Shown: positions 22,001 to 32,578 of the stretch, piece by piece
How the letters are laid out: the number at the start of each line of letters is the position of its first letter
Position numbering within the stretch: position 1 is the first letter of the stretch
Assembly: GCA_002269645.1 (NCBI GenBank)
Contig: NIVC01001874.1
Location: 1-64,000, forward strand
DNA: 64,000 bases
Direction: 5' to 3'
From: Macrostomum lignano
Taxonomy: Eukaryota
The notes under the pieces: generated by a model
Told to the model about the DNA's origin: nothing
The model's database searches: none
The model's input: only the letters and a program-made list of their open reading frames with translations
Program-made: the position numbers and the translations under genes

Positions 22001-22864
22001 CTAAACACAATGGTAGATTGTATAGTATGCAACTGAGTTGAATAATCGAACTCGAGTTCGATTATTCAACTTATTCTTCGTTGGCAGAGCAGGAAGACAG
22101 TAGTACTCCTTGCCGTCAGAATCCGTGTGCAATTCAAGCGAGTCCCTTTGTCTCAGGAACTTCAGATGCTCCTGGCCACGCTCTCCAAAGGAGTAAAGAA
22201 CATAGAACAGAAATTTAGCCTGCTCGATTTCAGCCGTAGTCCCTTCAAAGTAGCACCGCAACTTCTGCATGTCGCCTTCTTCAATTGGTTCATACTGCCT
22301 GGTGCAGCCACCATCTCGATGGAAATCACGAACCTTGACACGCAGCATCTCGTTGCAGGAATTGAATTCCTCACCACCGATTATATCGACAGGCAGCTTC
22401 AGAACCATGCGTAGGAAACGCTGAATTCCAGCCCGGATACAGATGAGTGAGGCCGGCGAGTAGAACGAGCCATCCTGTTTCTTCAGCTTGAAGTAGAAGT
22501 ACCGAAGATATTGGTTCAATGTAGGATTGTTGACATGCTGAATGTTGCGCAGATTCTCCCCTTCCAGGAAGTCTCGAAAACGTTGGCCATGCTGGTACAT
22601 CTGCTTCCGAGTATCCTCAGGCAGACTCTCGATCTCGATTCTGTCCATCTCGGAAACGTCTATCTTTTCATCTCCATCGATCATTGGCAGCCCAGTATCA
22701 GCTGGACCATTTTGGACATACTTCAGGAACGCATCGAAATCTTCGTCGTGCCGATCAACGGCAGAGGATTCCGAGAGGAAGTTCAGTTCATCCTGCGTGA
22801 TGTTGCCGAGGTCCTCACACGGGAGGTTACCCCAATTAATATAATGTATTATCGGGTCGCTCAT
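22001..22864 (-). mobile_element. Crypton-like tyrosine recombinase (DUF3504/KCTD1-ZMYM-type) ORF, C-terminally truncated
   Basis: LNQYLRYFYFKLKKQDGSFYSPASLICIRAGIQRFL, IIGGEEF, EEGDMQKL, FGERGQEH; the later HxxR/Y catalytic region is absent. Confidence 0.8.
22036..22071. repeat. Perfect 36-bp palindrome
   Basis: AGTTGAATAATCGAACTC-GAGTTCGATTATTCAACT. Confidence 0.97.
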
Positions 22865-24086
22865 GATGGACAGAAAACTCTTGAATCAACAGGTTTGGAC
22901 AGACTACTTACTGCCTGGGAATCCCTCACACAAACCCCTTCACCCCCACTGAAAGTTTTGCCATAGACATTTCAACCCTCCATTCAATCAATAGGATTGT
23001 CATTGCCATGAACTCTCCACGCCTTTTGGCTTTCGTGCCATAGACGTTTGTGCCTCCTCCTTTTGGGCCACTTCGATTCGTGCCATAGATATTTCCTGCA
23101 ATGAAGTTAACTGGAAGAGGAACTCCAGGCAACGCGCCGCTCGTGGCTTTGGCCGTTGCCTGGAGTTCTCTCTTCCAGTTAACCCCCCATTATTCCACAC
23201 TTTTGCGGCCATTATTCCACACTTTTGTCGCTGTCATTATTCCACACTTTTTATCATGCTTCAATTGGCTGTTTTAAGAGCTGTTTTACCCATAGACGAC
23301 TGAGCTGTGTGGCTTAGTTTGACCATAGACAACACTGATGAGTGCTGATTTTGCTTGCGTCTTGCAAGAAATCAGGAAAGCGAGTAATGCGAGAAAAAGC
23401 TATTTATCTTGTCAAACAACTAATGGCTGGTGCATCTCGTCAAACAGCAGCGCTTATTAATTGGAAAAAACTTCCTGCTGACGACTGAGCGAACCGTGCG
23501 GCGCTACCTAGGAAGAAAACGCGACCATGCAGTCTTCAACGCCTCGACGGCTTTAAGCGATGCCTCAAATGGCCAATCGATTCAGTCGAGCAGCCGACAG
23601 TCCCAAAGAATCCCAGCTTGGATACTGCGGTACCAAAGAAGCTCATCAGACGAAGCTCATGAGTCGCAAGCCAACTTAACCAAGACGTGCATCTTTCAAA
23701 TGGTAAGTTCGGGAACTATACTTGAGCACCTGTATTTTTCTTTCATAGAAAACATTCAACATAGACCAACTCCTTTTGCAGTGCCAAATTATCAGGCTAA
23801 AGTGTCGATCGTCTTTGGAAACTGCGGCTTTGAGTACTGCATGTTTCACTTTGGGTAACAAATTGATTTTTACATAGTCAAATTTCGACTACAAACTGAT
23901 AAACTGCACTAGCTGTGACATTTATTATGAACTCTTTCGTGTAGTTGGTACTTTAGTTTTAATGATTTTTCCTTTTTGTTCATTTACTTCTTGTTGTTCT
24001 GTGTTTACTAACAAAAATACTGAGCGATGGATTTTTTCAATCTAAACGTCTATGGTACACATCAAAACTGTGGAATAATGTAGGAT

Positions 24087-24174
24087 TCATACATCGATTT
24101 TGCGTGCTTAAATGGTCTATGGCACTCGTGCGCTGCGCGTTTAGACCATTTAAGCACAAAAAATCGATGTATGA
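24087..24174. repeat. Hairpin with 33-bp arms (2 mismatches) and 22-bp spacer
   Basis: 24087-24119 TCATACATCGATTTTGCGTGCTTAAATGGTCTA is near-inverse of 24142-24174. Confidence 0.95.
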
Positions 24175-24340
24175 GTTGCATTGTATTACGTTGGCTTAAT
24201 ACTTTAGATGGCGCGTTAGATGCACGCTCAGTTAATTTGTCTTAACCATAGACAAAAATGCGTGAAAGGCACGCAAGTTGATTGAGTGTTGCGAAGAAGG
24301 GAATAAGAAGCTGTTAAATTAAAATCACTTGTGAGAGAAT

Positions 24341-24817
24341 ATGGCTGAGCCACCAACTAAAGTCAGACTTCTGAATCTGAGCAAATTTCCGAACGAAATG
24401 ATTTCCGGCTTGTCCACCAATGAGATTGACGACATTCTGAACGAGCCTGATAATCTACCGGAGTCGGCAATTGATCGAGAAGAGGAGGATCTTCTGGAGG
24501 CACTTTTCAAGAAGATACCTGACGAAGAAGCTGAACTACTTGAATTGGAACAGCTCGTTTCCGAAATCGAGGACACCGCTGCTAGTAAAAGTGTGACAAA
24601 GGCTACCGAATATTATGTCGGTAAGTTGCAGAGCTTCATGGAGAACCATCCGTCAGTTGAGCGTGATTTGGCGACTTCTACACCGCGCGAGATCGACAGT
24701 CTATTGCGATACTTCTATGGCTCACTTCGCAAGAGGAATGGCGAATACTTTGCTCCAGCCACGTTGATTTGTATCCACATTTGTACTCACTTTCCGTGCA
24801 TTACACGCACGCGTTAG
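24341..24817 (+). mobile_element. Second Crypton-like recombinase N-terminal fragment, divergent from the first
   Basis: IDSLLRYFYGSLRKRNGEYFAPATLICI is homologous to the 22001-22864 ORF; flanked by a 16-bp inverted repeat at 24211-24226 and 24886-24901. Confidence 0.8.
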
Positions 24818-25369
24818 ACGCACGCTTGTTGCTTTTACTCAGATAGAAAATTGCCATAGACACCTACATTAGACGCACAGTAAATCGTGCATCTAACGCG
24901 CGCCAGCGTGATACAATGGCCAAAATATTTTCTTATTGCGTCTGGGTAAAAGTATAATTACAATGAATTGACCGCTTTGAAACAAAGTCAGCCAACCAAC
25001 TATGGATCTATTAATATGTGCAAACCATGAGCAAAGTATAATCGCATAAATAAATAATATATATATGTACAAACGATTTTAAAATGCAGAAGCAACATAT
25101 AAAACATTGTGATCCTTCTCGACTTACTAATGAATCTATATCTGTCAGTTGGTAATTACGAGTATCTCAAGCAATTTTCCAATTTTAACAGCCTCCTGTC
25201 AAGACATGCCACAGCACTTATTATTAGGGTGAAATTTTAATACAGTTCCTCATTTGAATGTGAATTTGGATATCACTCAGTAGTTCGTTCATTTACACTC
25301 GCTCAAATGTCTGGGTTTCTCTTGTCTATAGTATCTACGAGTATTCTCACATCGATCTCACATCGTTAC

Positions 25370-26230
25370 ATCACCAGTCACCCAGGTCACATCACCAGTC
25401 AAACACGGTCACATCACCAGTCACCATGGTCACATCACCAGTCCACAGGGTCACATCACCAGTCAGCATGGTCACATCACCAGTCATCATGGTCACATCA
25501 CCAGTCAGCATGGTCACATCACCAGTCATCATGGTCACATCACCAGTCAGCATGGTCACATCACCAGTCAGCATGGTCACATCACCAGTCAGCATGGTCA
25601 CATCACCAGTCATCATGGCCACATCACCAGTCCATATGGTCACATCAACAGTCAACATTGTCACATCACCAATCATCGTGGTCACATCACCAATCAACAT
25701 AGTCACATCACCAGCCCATAAGGTCACATCACCAGGCAATATGGTCACATCACCAATCAACCAGGTCACATCACCAGTCAACACGGTCACATCACCAGTC
25801 AACACGGTCACATCACAAGTCAACACGGTCATATCACCAGTCAACACCGTCACATCACCAGTCAACATGGTAACAACACCAGCCAGTCGGGTCACATCAC
25901 TAGTCAACACGGTCACATCACCAGTCCATAAGGTCACAACACTAGCCAACATGGTCACATCACCAGTCAACCTGGTCACATCACCAGCCAACCTGCAGGT
26001 CACACCACCAGCCCATAAGGTCACATCACCAGTCAACCTGGTCACAACACCAATCAACAAGGTCACATCACCAGTCAACACGGTCACATCACCAGTCAAC
26101 ACGGTCATATCACCAGTCAACACGGTCACAACACCAGTCAACATGGTAACAACACCAGCCAGTCGGGTCACATCACCAGCCCATACGGTCACATCACCAA
26201 TCAACAAGGTCACATCACCAGTCACTATGG
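25370..26230 (-). repeat. 21-bp minisatellite, inverted copy of the 18860-19240 array
   Basis: GGTCACATCACCAGTCAACAC units. Confidence 0.95.
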
Positions 26231-26389
26231 ACAATTTTGAAATGACATAGAATGAAGAAGAAAAATGTGAAAGCGCCAATTTTAATTATTTCAATCAACA
26301 AATGAATGAATCCAATGCACATCAATCAATTATAAATCAACACGGCGCTCTATATTCCAGTTCAATAACAAGATCAATCACAGTTTATC

Positions 26390-26760
26390 ATAATCCAGGA
26401 AAGGAACCCGTGTGCACCGACCATACTAGCCACTGTAAACAACCGTGTGCACCCGCGTGCACCGACCATAAACGCCACTGCAAACAGCCATGTTCACCGG
26501 TGTGCACCGACCATACTCGCCACTGCAACCACCCGTGTGCACAGACCATACTCGCCACTGCAAACAGCCATGTCCACCGGTGTGCACCGACCATGCTCGC
26601 CGCTGCAATCAGCCATGTCCACCGGTGTGCACCGACCATGCTCGCCGCTGCAATCAGCCATATTCACCCGTGTGCACCGACCATACTCGCCACTGCAAAC
26701 AGCCATGTTCACCCGTGTGCACCGACCATAATAACCAATGCAACCACCCGTGTGCACAAA
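26390..26760 (+). repeat. 45-bp tandem repeat with Cys/His-rich coding potential (VCTDHTRHCKQPCSP)n
   Basis: About 8 units, some shortened; ORFs 26302-26811 and 26490-26822. Confidence 0.85.
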
Positions 26761-27141
26761 TCATACTTGACATCCATGTATGCAGACTATGTTCAGCTAT
26801 TGAGATATTGATATTCAGATGAATAGACTGGCCGAGTGATTACCATAGACAATATATAATTCTCACACATTTCATTCCCAAACAAAATAGTCTATGTGCC
26901 AAACCATGTTACACAAACTCTCACAAAGAATATAATTTCTGTCAACAACTAGGATGAACAAGGAAGGAGCTATTAATAGAGGAACTGATTGAGTTAAAAA
27001 TAGATACTAGCTCATTTTTACACTATTTCATATTCAGTCTTGTATTGACTGGGATAGTTAAATTAACTGGAGAAATAATATATACATCTAATCTATAAAA
27101 TACATAATGTGTTAATATCCTGCCGCTGCTGCTGCTGCTGC

Positions 27142-27144
<3 letters not shown>

Positions 27145-27182
<38 letters not shown>

Positions 27183-30100
27183 CACCGGTGCAGTCTAACG
27201 TTCCGCGAATCTGGTGAGGAACCAATTCCAGTAATCAAACGCGCTTGGCTCCTTGGCCCACAAGTCGGCGGCGTCGCCAATACCGAGCTGCTGCCTGCGC
27301 GTCCAGGTGGCCGGGCAATCACAGAGGTGGTCGACCGTTTCCGGCTCCAGTTTGCAGGCCCGACACAGTCCGTCGTCGGCGCGTCCGATGCGCAGGTTGT
27401 AAGCTTGAAGTTGGATCGAGTGGCCGGAGCGGAAGCGGCGCAGGCTCAGCGCTTCGGTACGATTTCCGAAGCTCGCTCGCTGCACCCTGGCTTCCCTGCC
27501 GTAGGTCCTGCGGCTCCGGTCGTGCGTGAACCTTCTCGGTAGTTGCCTCCGGAGGACTCTACTCATGATGCTGGCGCCAACCGGCATGTTGTCCTGTGGC
27601 ATGGCTGCGGCTTCACCAGCTGCCTTATCAGCTGCTTCGTTTCCGGGGAGGCCGCAGTGAGCCGGTATCCAGATCATAGCCACCTTGCGGCCGCACTCCC
27701 CGAGGTGTGCCAGCAGGTGCCGGATGTTAATGGCGGCTGGCATCCGGGATTCGCCTGTGATGGCTTGCAGCGCGCTGCGGCTGTCAGTGGCTATGCGGGC
27801 GTGGTGCCATGGTTCGTCCAGTTTGCACAGCCAGTCAATAGCCGCCAGCAGGGCGACTAGCTCGGCAGCGGTCGAGGAGCAGGGCCGCCTCGCTGGAATG
27901 CGCAGCGTGGTGATATTGTCAGAGAGCGCAGCAGTGAGCGGCGGCGTGACCTTGTCGATGATGATGCCAGCCCCTCCGCTGCCGTCTTTGAGAACCGCTC
28001 CGTCGGTGTAAATGATGAAATCCGGTTGTGAGATAACGTCAAGCAGGCGGGACCTCGCGAGCGCGAGATTGGCCTCGGTGGTCTCCGCCCTTTCTGCTTC
28101 GGCTTGGACGGGGGTGAACTGCCACTTGCGCCAAGGCGGGATGGGCGGGGCGTTGGGCAGCCGGTTTTTGTGCAGCAGCCTTTCCTCCTCCAACAGTTTC
28201 CGTGCCTGGATCCTCCAGCCAGTTCTACGGAGCCGTTGACGGGGCGTCTGCCTGGCAATGTAGCCACGGTGCGACTGTTCCGGCTCGCGGAGCCAGCGAT
28301 CTAGCTTTGCTGCCCATGTAGGACGGCACAGGAGCTCAAGCTCAGGGAGCTCCGCTTCGCACATGAGGGCATCTACCGGCGTAGTGGCTAGGAGACCTGT
28401 TTTAAGGGTTTTAACCGTCCTCCAGCTCCAGTGGCCTTCCCTCGAGGCGTGACAGAATGAGGCGTCCGGCGCCGAGTCAGCTTGATGCGCGTTGCCGGGG
28501 CGAGTTGGGCTGCCATCGTTAAGGGCCATCATGCCGGCATCGTCGGCCCAGTCCATGATGGCCTCCCCCCTCGAGTCAGCTGCGTGCGCGTTGTCCCAGG
28601 CCGGGTAGTGCGCATTCAAGTCACCAGCCAGCAGCCAGTTAGGGCCGTGTGCAGCTTTGAGAGCTGCTCCTTGGTGACGGCTCGGCTGGCTTGCGGGGGA
28701 ATGTAGGCGTTGGCGATGAGCAGGTCAGACTGCGCGTTGTCTCCGTCAGTGCTATTGAGGTACAGGCGGGTGCAGATGAGCTCTACTCCAGCTTGAGCTA
28801 GCACACGGGCTGTGCAGCTGCGCGGAGGCGATGCTCTGTCTGATGAGAGTGGCCACGCCTCCGCCTCTGGCCCAGCCCTTGGTTTCACTGCGCGGTCTGT
28901 CAAGCCGAATGCAGTCGAAGCCTGGCAGGCAGATAGGCGGGTCCTCGGCTCTTAATTTGGTTTCTTGGATAAGGATAACGTCAATGTTTTCGGTGGCGGC
29001 AAAGTTCTCCAGTTCGGGGAGTTTGGCGCGCAGATGATCGCAGTTCCACTGGAGGATTCTGATCTTGTCGCGCTGGGCCGGCCGGGTTGCCGAATTGTTG
29101 TTTTTGATATCCAGGCTTGTGGCTCTGATGGTGGGTTGGTCTGGGCCGGCACTGGGGTCCGCGCAGACGCGCCGGCTGGGTTCTTGCTTGCAGGTCGCGC
29201 AGAGCCAGGTGCGCAGCCTTTTCCAGGCGTCTATCTGCTTGCGGGTCGTGGCCTCGGTGCAGCTCCAGTGCGAGACCAGGCCGCAGCGACTGCACTCAGC
29301 TCCCTGGCTCTGCGGCGTGGCTGCCTGCAGGTGGTGCATCGAAGGACGACCTTGTTTGCTCGGGAGCCTTGCTGGCTGGGCTCGGAGTGGTCCCCTGGGG
29401 CCTTGTCCTGTGGTGGGCTTGGCGAGGCAGGGGCGGGCCTGCGCGCCCGCCCGCACAGGCTGCTGGCCATCTCAACGCACTTCCAGCAGTGCCACTCCAA
29501 GTGTTTGTTCCGTTGCCATCTGGACAGGTTCGTGCACTGCCAGTGCGCCGCTTGGTTACAGGTGGTGCAGCGCGCCGGCGTCTGTCCGTTACGGATGGAG
29601 CGCCGACATCTGAGGCACTGCTCCTTCAGGCTCCAGGTGGGCGCGCTAGCGACGTCCTCATGCTCATCTGTGCTGTTGGGTTCGGACTCACTGCTGTCCG
29701 ATTTACAACCGTCTCCGTCGCCGTTACCGTTAGCGGTACTATTCTGCGCGGTGGTCGCTCGTCCCTCGGCCGGAGATGCCGAGGTGGGCAGCACCTTGGT
29801 GGTGTCTGACGTATCGCTGCTGACGAGGGTGCGGGCTTCCTCTACTGCCACGGCGTACTTTCCTTTCTTAGACTTGTCCCAGCGGCGCTGCAGGCCTTCT
29901 TCCCAGTTTGTGGTGCGGTGGGGCTGCACCATGGAGTATTGGTTCCAGCCAATCCACTGGGCGCGCACGAGCTGGTTGCACGCGTTGGGCTGGGTATCGG
30001 CGTTCTGGTGGTTGGACAGCCATGCCGGCCACCACGGCCACCCGTCGATCTTGGCCCATCCGAGGGTCGCGTTGGTATCGTTTCCATTTGACTTTGGCTC

Positions 30101-30523
30101 ATTCTTAGCGTTCCGCTGGGCGTTTTCCTTGAGCTCGGTACTGGATTTGCCTCTCCGATCTTCGCCGTCCACTTCCGCATCGCTTCCGGTGACTGGTTGG
30201 TTGCGTCGGCACTCGGTGCACCACCAGGGGCTGCGGCCTTCTCCGCTAGGTAGAATTTGGCCCTGCTGAGCTGGCTGCATTTAAGGTGCACGTGTCCGCG
30301 ACATTCCGCGCAGCAGGGTCCTCTGGCGGTGACCCTCGTACTGCATACGCAGCACAGCAGCGGGCCCGGGTTCAGCTCGACGTCCCCGGCGAGGATGATA
30401 CGCCTCCGTTCCTGGTTCCAGTCCGCTGATCGTTCAACTGCACTGGTGACATTATGACTCCTTTCGAATGCCCTGCTGGGCATCCCCCGGCGCACTACGA
30501 GGAGGTCTGGAGTCTGCGCACGG
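27145..30523 (-). mobile_element. Ingi/I-group-like non-LTR retrotransposon lacking RT: 2A, PHD, PWWP, PHD, PHD, APE, [deletion], RNase H, Zn knuckle
   Basis: DVELNPGP; three C4HC3 patterns; WAKIDGWPWWPA; LQWNC..IQETKL..GGGVA..GDLNAH; IYTDGA..AELVAL..TDSRS..WIPAHCGLPGNEAAD; RSGH..CRAC..ETVDHLCDC. Several frameshifts. Flanked by (CAG)n. Confidence 0.9.
30456..30523 (-). ncRNA. Candidate HDV-like self-cleaving ribozyme at the LINE 5' end
   Basis: Minus strand gives P2 GACUCC/GGAGUC, ACC-UCCUCGU-AGU P3/L3, P1 CCG(U)GCGC/GCGCCGG, P4 AUGCCC/GGGCAU, J4/2 CGAA. Confidence 0.7.
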
Positions 30524-30651
30524 TGCTGCTGCTGCTGATGCTGTTATAAATGCTATTATAGATGCTATTATAGATGCTATTGCTGCTGTTGTTACTGCTA
30601 ATAATGCCGCGAGAAGAAATTAGTCAATCAATCAATCAATCGAGCAAACAA

Positions 30652-32578
30652 TCAATCGCGAATGGGATCACCTGTTAGATTTTGTACAGGCTCGCACGTC
30701 CCGTCACAGTCGTACGTCCCATATAGCGGATGCCCAACACACAGCACCGTGACGAGTCGACCTTGCAACACGTGACCATGCCGAAGACGTCTCCGTACAT
30801 CGGGGTCGTACGCATTCACAGGGTCGTGACCAGCCAAGATGAGTAGTCTGTCTCGCCAATGGTGACTCACTATCGATTGATACTTCTGGTTGACATTGAA
30901 GGTGTCCCCATTGATCAACCGTAGGAGCGGAACCTGATGAACAATAGACACATTCACGTACATCAATATCGACAATATTGATGTATTGATGTATTGATGT
31001 ATTGATTGTATAATTTATTAGCAACAATCTATAAATGTACTAATTTACTCACCATGGCGTCAGACTTGGCATCGAACAGCTCTGGTCGAACCTCGTCAAT
31101 GAACATGACGCGATGTACAGTGATGTCCAACGGATCGAATAGAAACGTGTTGGCTGTAGCTCGTGACGGGACTATATTGACAACACGAGTCTCACCGCAG
31201 TGCGCAGCTACGCTATGAGTTTTGCCAACACCAGGTGGCCCCCATAGGTACACCACACCTTTACGTTGGCGAAGAGCTGCGCACACGGCTCGCATCGTTG
31301 GACATCCGCGTCGTCGTTCATTCAGCGGTCTGTCGACATGTACTGAGTCGGTTGAGGCGGCGGCAGTGGCGGCGGCGGCGGCGTTGTCAGTGGCGGCGTT
31401 GTCGGCGGCAGATGCGGCGTCGGCAGCAGCATCAGTCGAATTAGCGTTAGTCTCGCGTTCATTGGACTGATTGTCAACACCAGTCGTAGAATTGTTGTCA
31501 CTAGAGACGTCGTTGATGGTACGATCGCGTGTATGCCGATTTATAAAATGAGCACAGTACGCGCAACCAGTGAGACGCTCTAGATTGAATCGACGAATCT
31601 TCTGTACGCGTTGAAATAGACGAGTTAGCTCTTGCTTGCACGTCACATGACGCATCAGAAAATCGTCCTCCGGATCTGGTGTGACTACTAACTCGCTATG
31701 ATTTTCAATCCAATAATACGCTGACACGAGCATGCTACAGTCGGACATATTTACATTACGTAGCATGGCGCAGCCATCGTGTCTTGTAACTGAGACTAAC
31801 GCATTCTTGACCTGTCTGACGCCGGCGATAAGGATTCGGCAATTGGTGTCGCTTACTATATACCGGATATTCGGATCAGTAGATAGTATCTGGTGAATGA
31901 TGTTACGTTTGGATTGGCCGGTGGCTTCTAACCTACTGAAAAAATTCAAACCTACTAATGACCGAAAATATGTAGCTGATTGTCGCTGCAAAGGTTTCGT
32001 TCGACAGGTAAAGGCGGTCACGCCTAGTGGATCCGCTACGCCAACTTGCGGGAGCCAACGTGCGCGGCAACAAAACTGAGAGAAACTTGGAGCGTTTCAG
32101 ACACTCTGCACCTTCACAGCTGTAATCCAACCGATTGAAATAATGCTGACAATTGATCGATGCATTCGTGAGCCTTTTGGTGGACAAAACAACGAATGTG
32201 CTGCGCAAGGTGGTTCCGCACAATGCAATAGCGATCTTCTATTGCCTGAGGAACGCGGAGCGAGATAGATGTAGAAACAGACAGCTCTCTCCCTGTCGGT
32301 GCATAGCGGTTCGCAGCGACGCCAGGATTTGGGCCTGACTCTTCCTAATACTCACTCACCACCACTACGCCCATCTGCAGCAGACCTTCCTTGATATCGT
32401 CCGGAAACTTCACCCCTGGAAGCGGGTTGAAGATTCGCGCATACGCTAGCGTGTTGGACAAGGCCTTCTCGCCGAATTTATCATAAAGCACCCTGAAGAA
32501 CGGGTCCGTCAGCACAGATTTGTCAAACACTATTCGTTGATATGTCTTGACACTTGAGAGATCCGAAGCTGCACGCAT
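30652..32578 (-). CDS. Spliced SF3 helicase gene (parvovirus NS1/CRESS Rep-like helicase domain)
   Basis: VYLWGPPGVGKT (Walker A), VMFIDE (Walker B). GT..AG intron 31052-30934 joins in frame to VPLLRLINGDTFNVNQKYQ..DVRRRL. Upstream exon structure (31933-32578) is uncertain. Confidence 0.8.

Noticed and set aside
28965-30269. 434-aa plus-strand ORF and other overlapping ORFs in 27-30.5 kb
   Set aside because: Antisense shadows of the GC-rich LINE coding strand with no motifs.
32310-32345. EESGPNPG as a second 2A peptide
   Set aside because: It lacks the D(V/I)ExNPGP consensus and follows a stop codon or splice donor.
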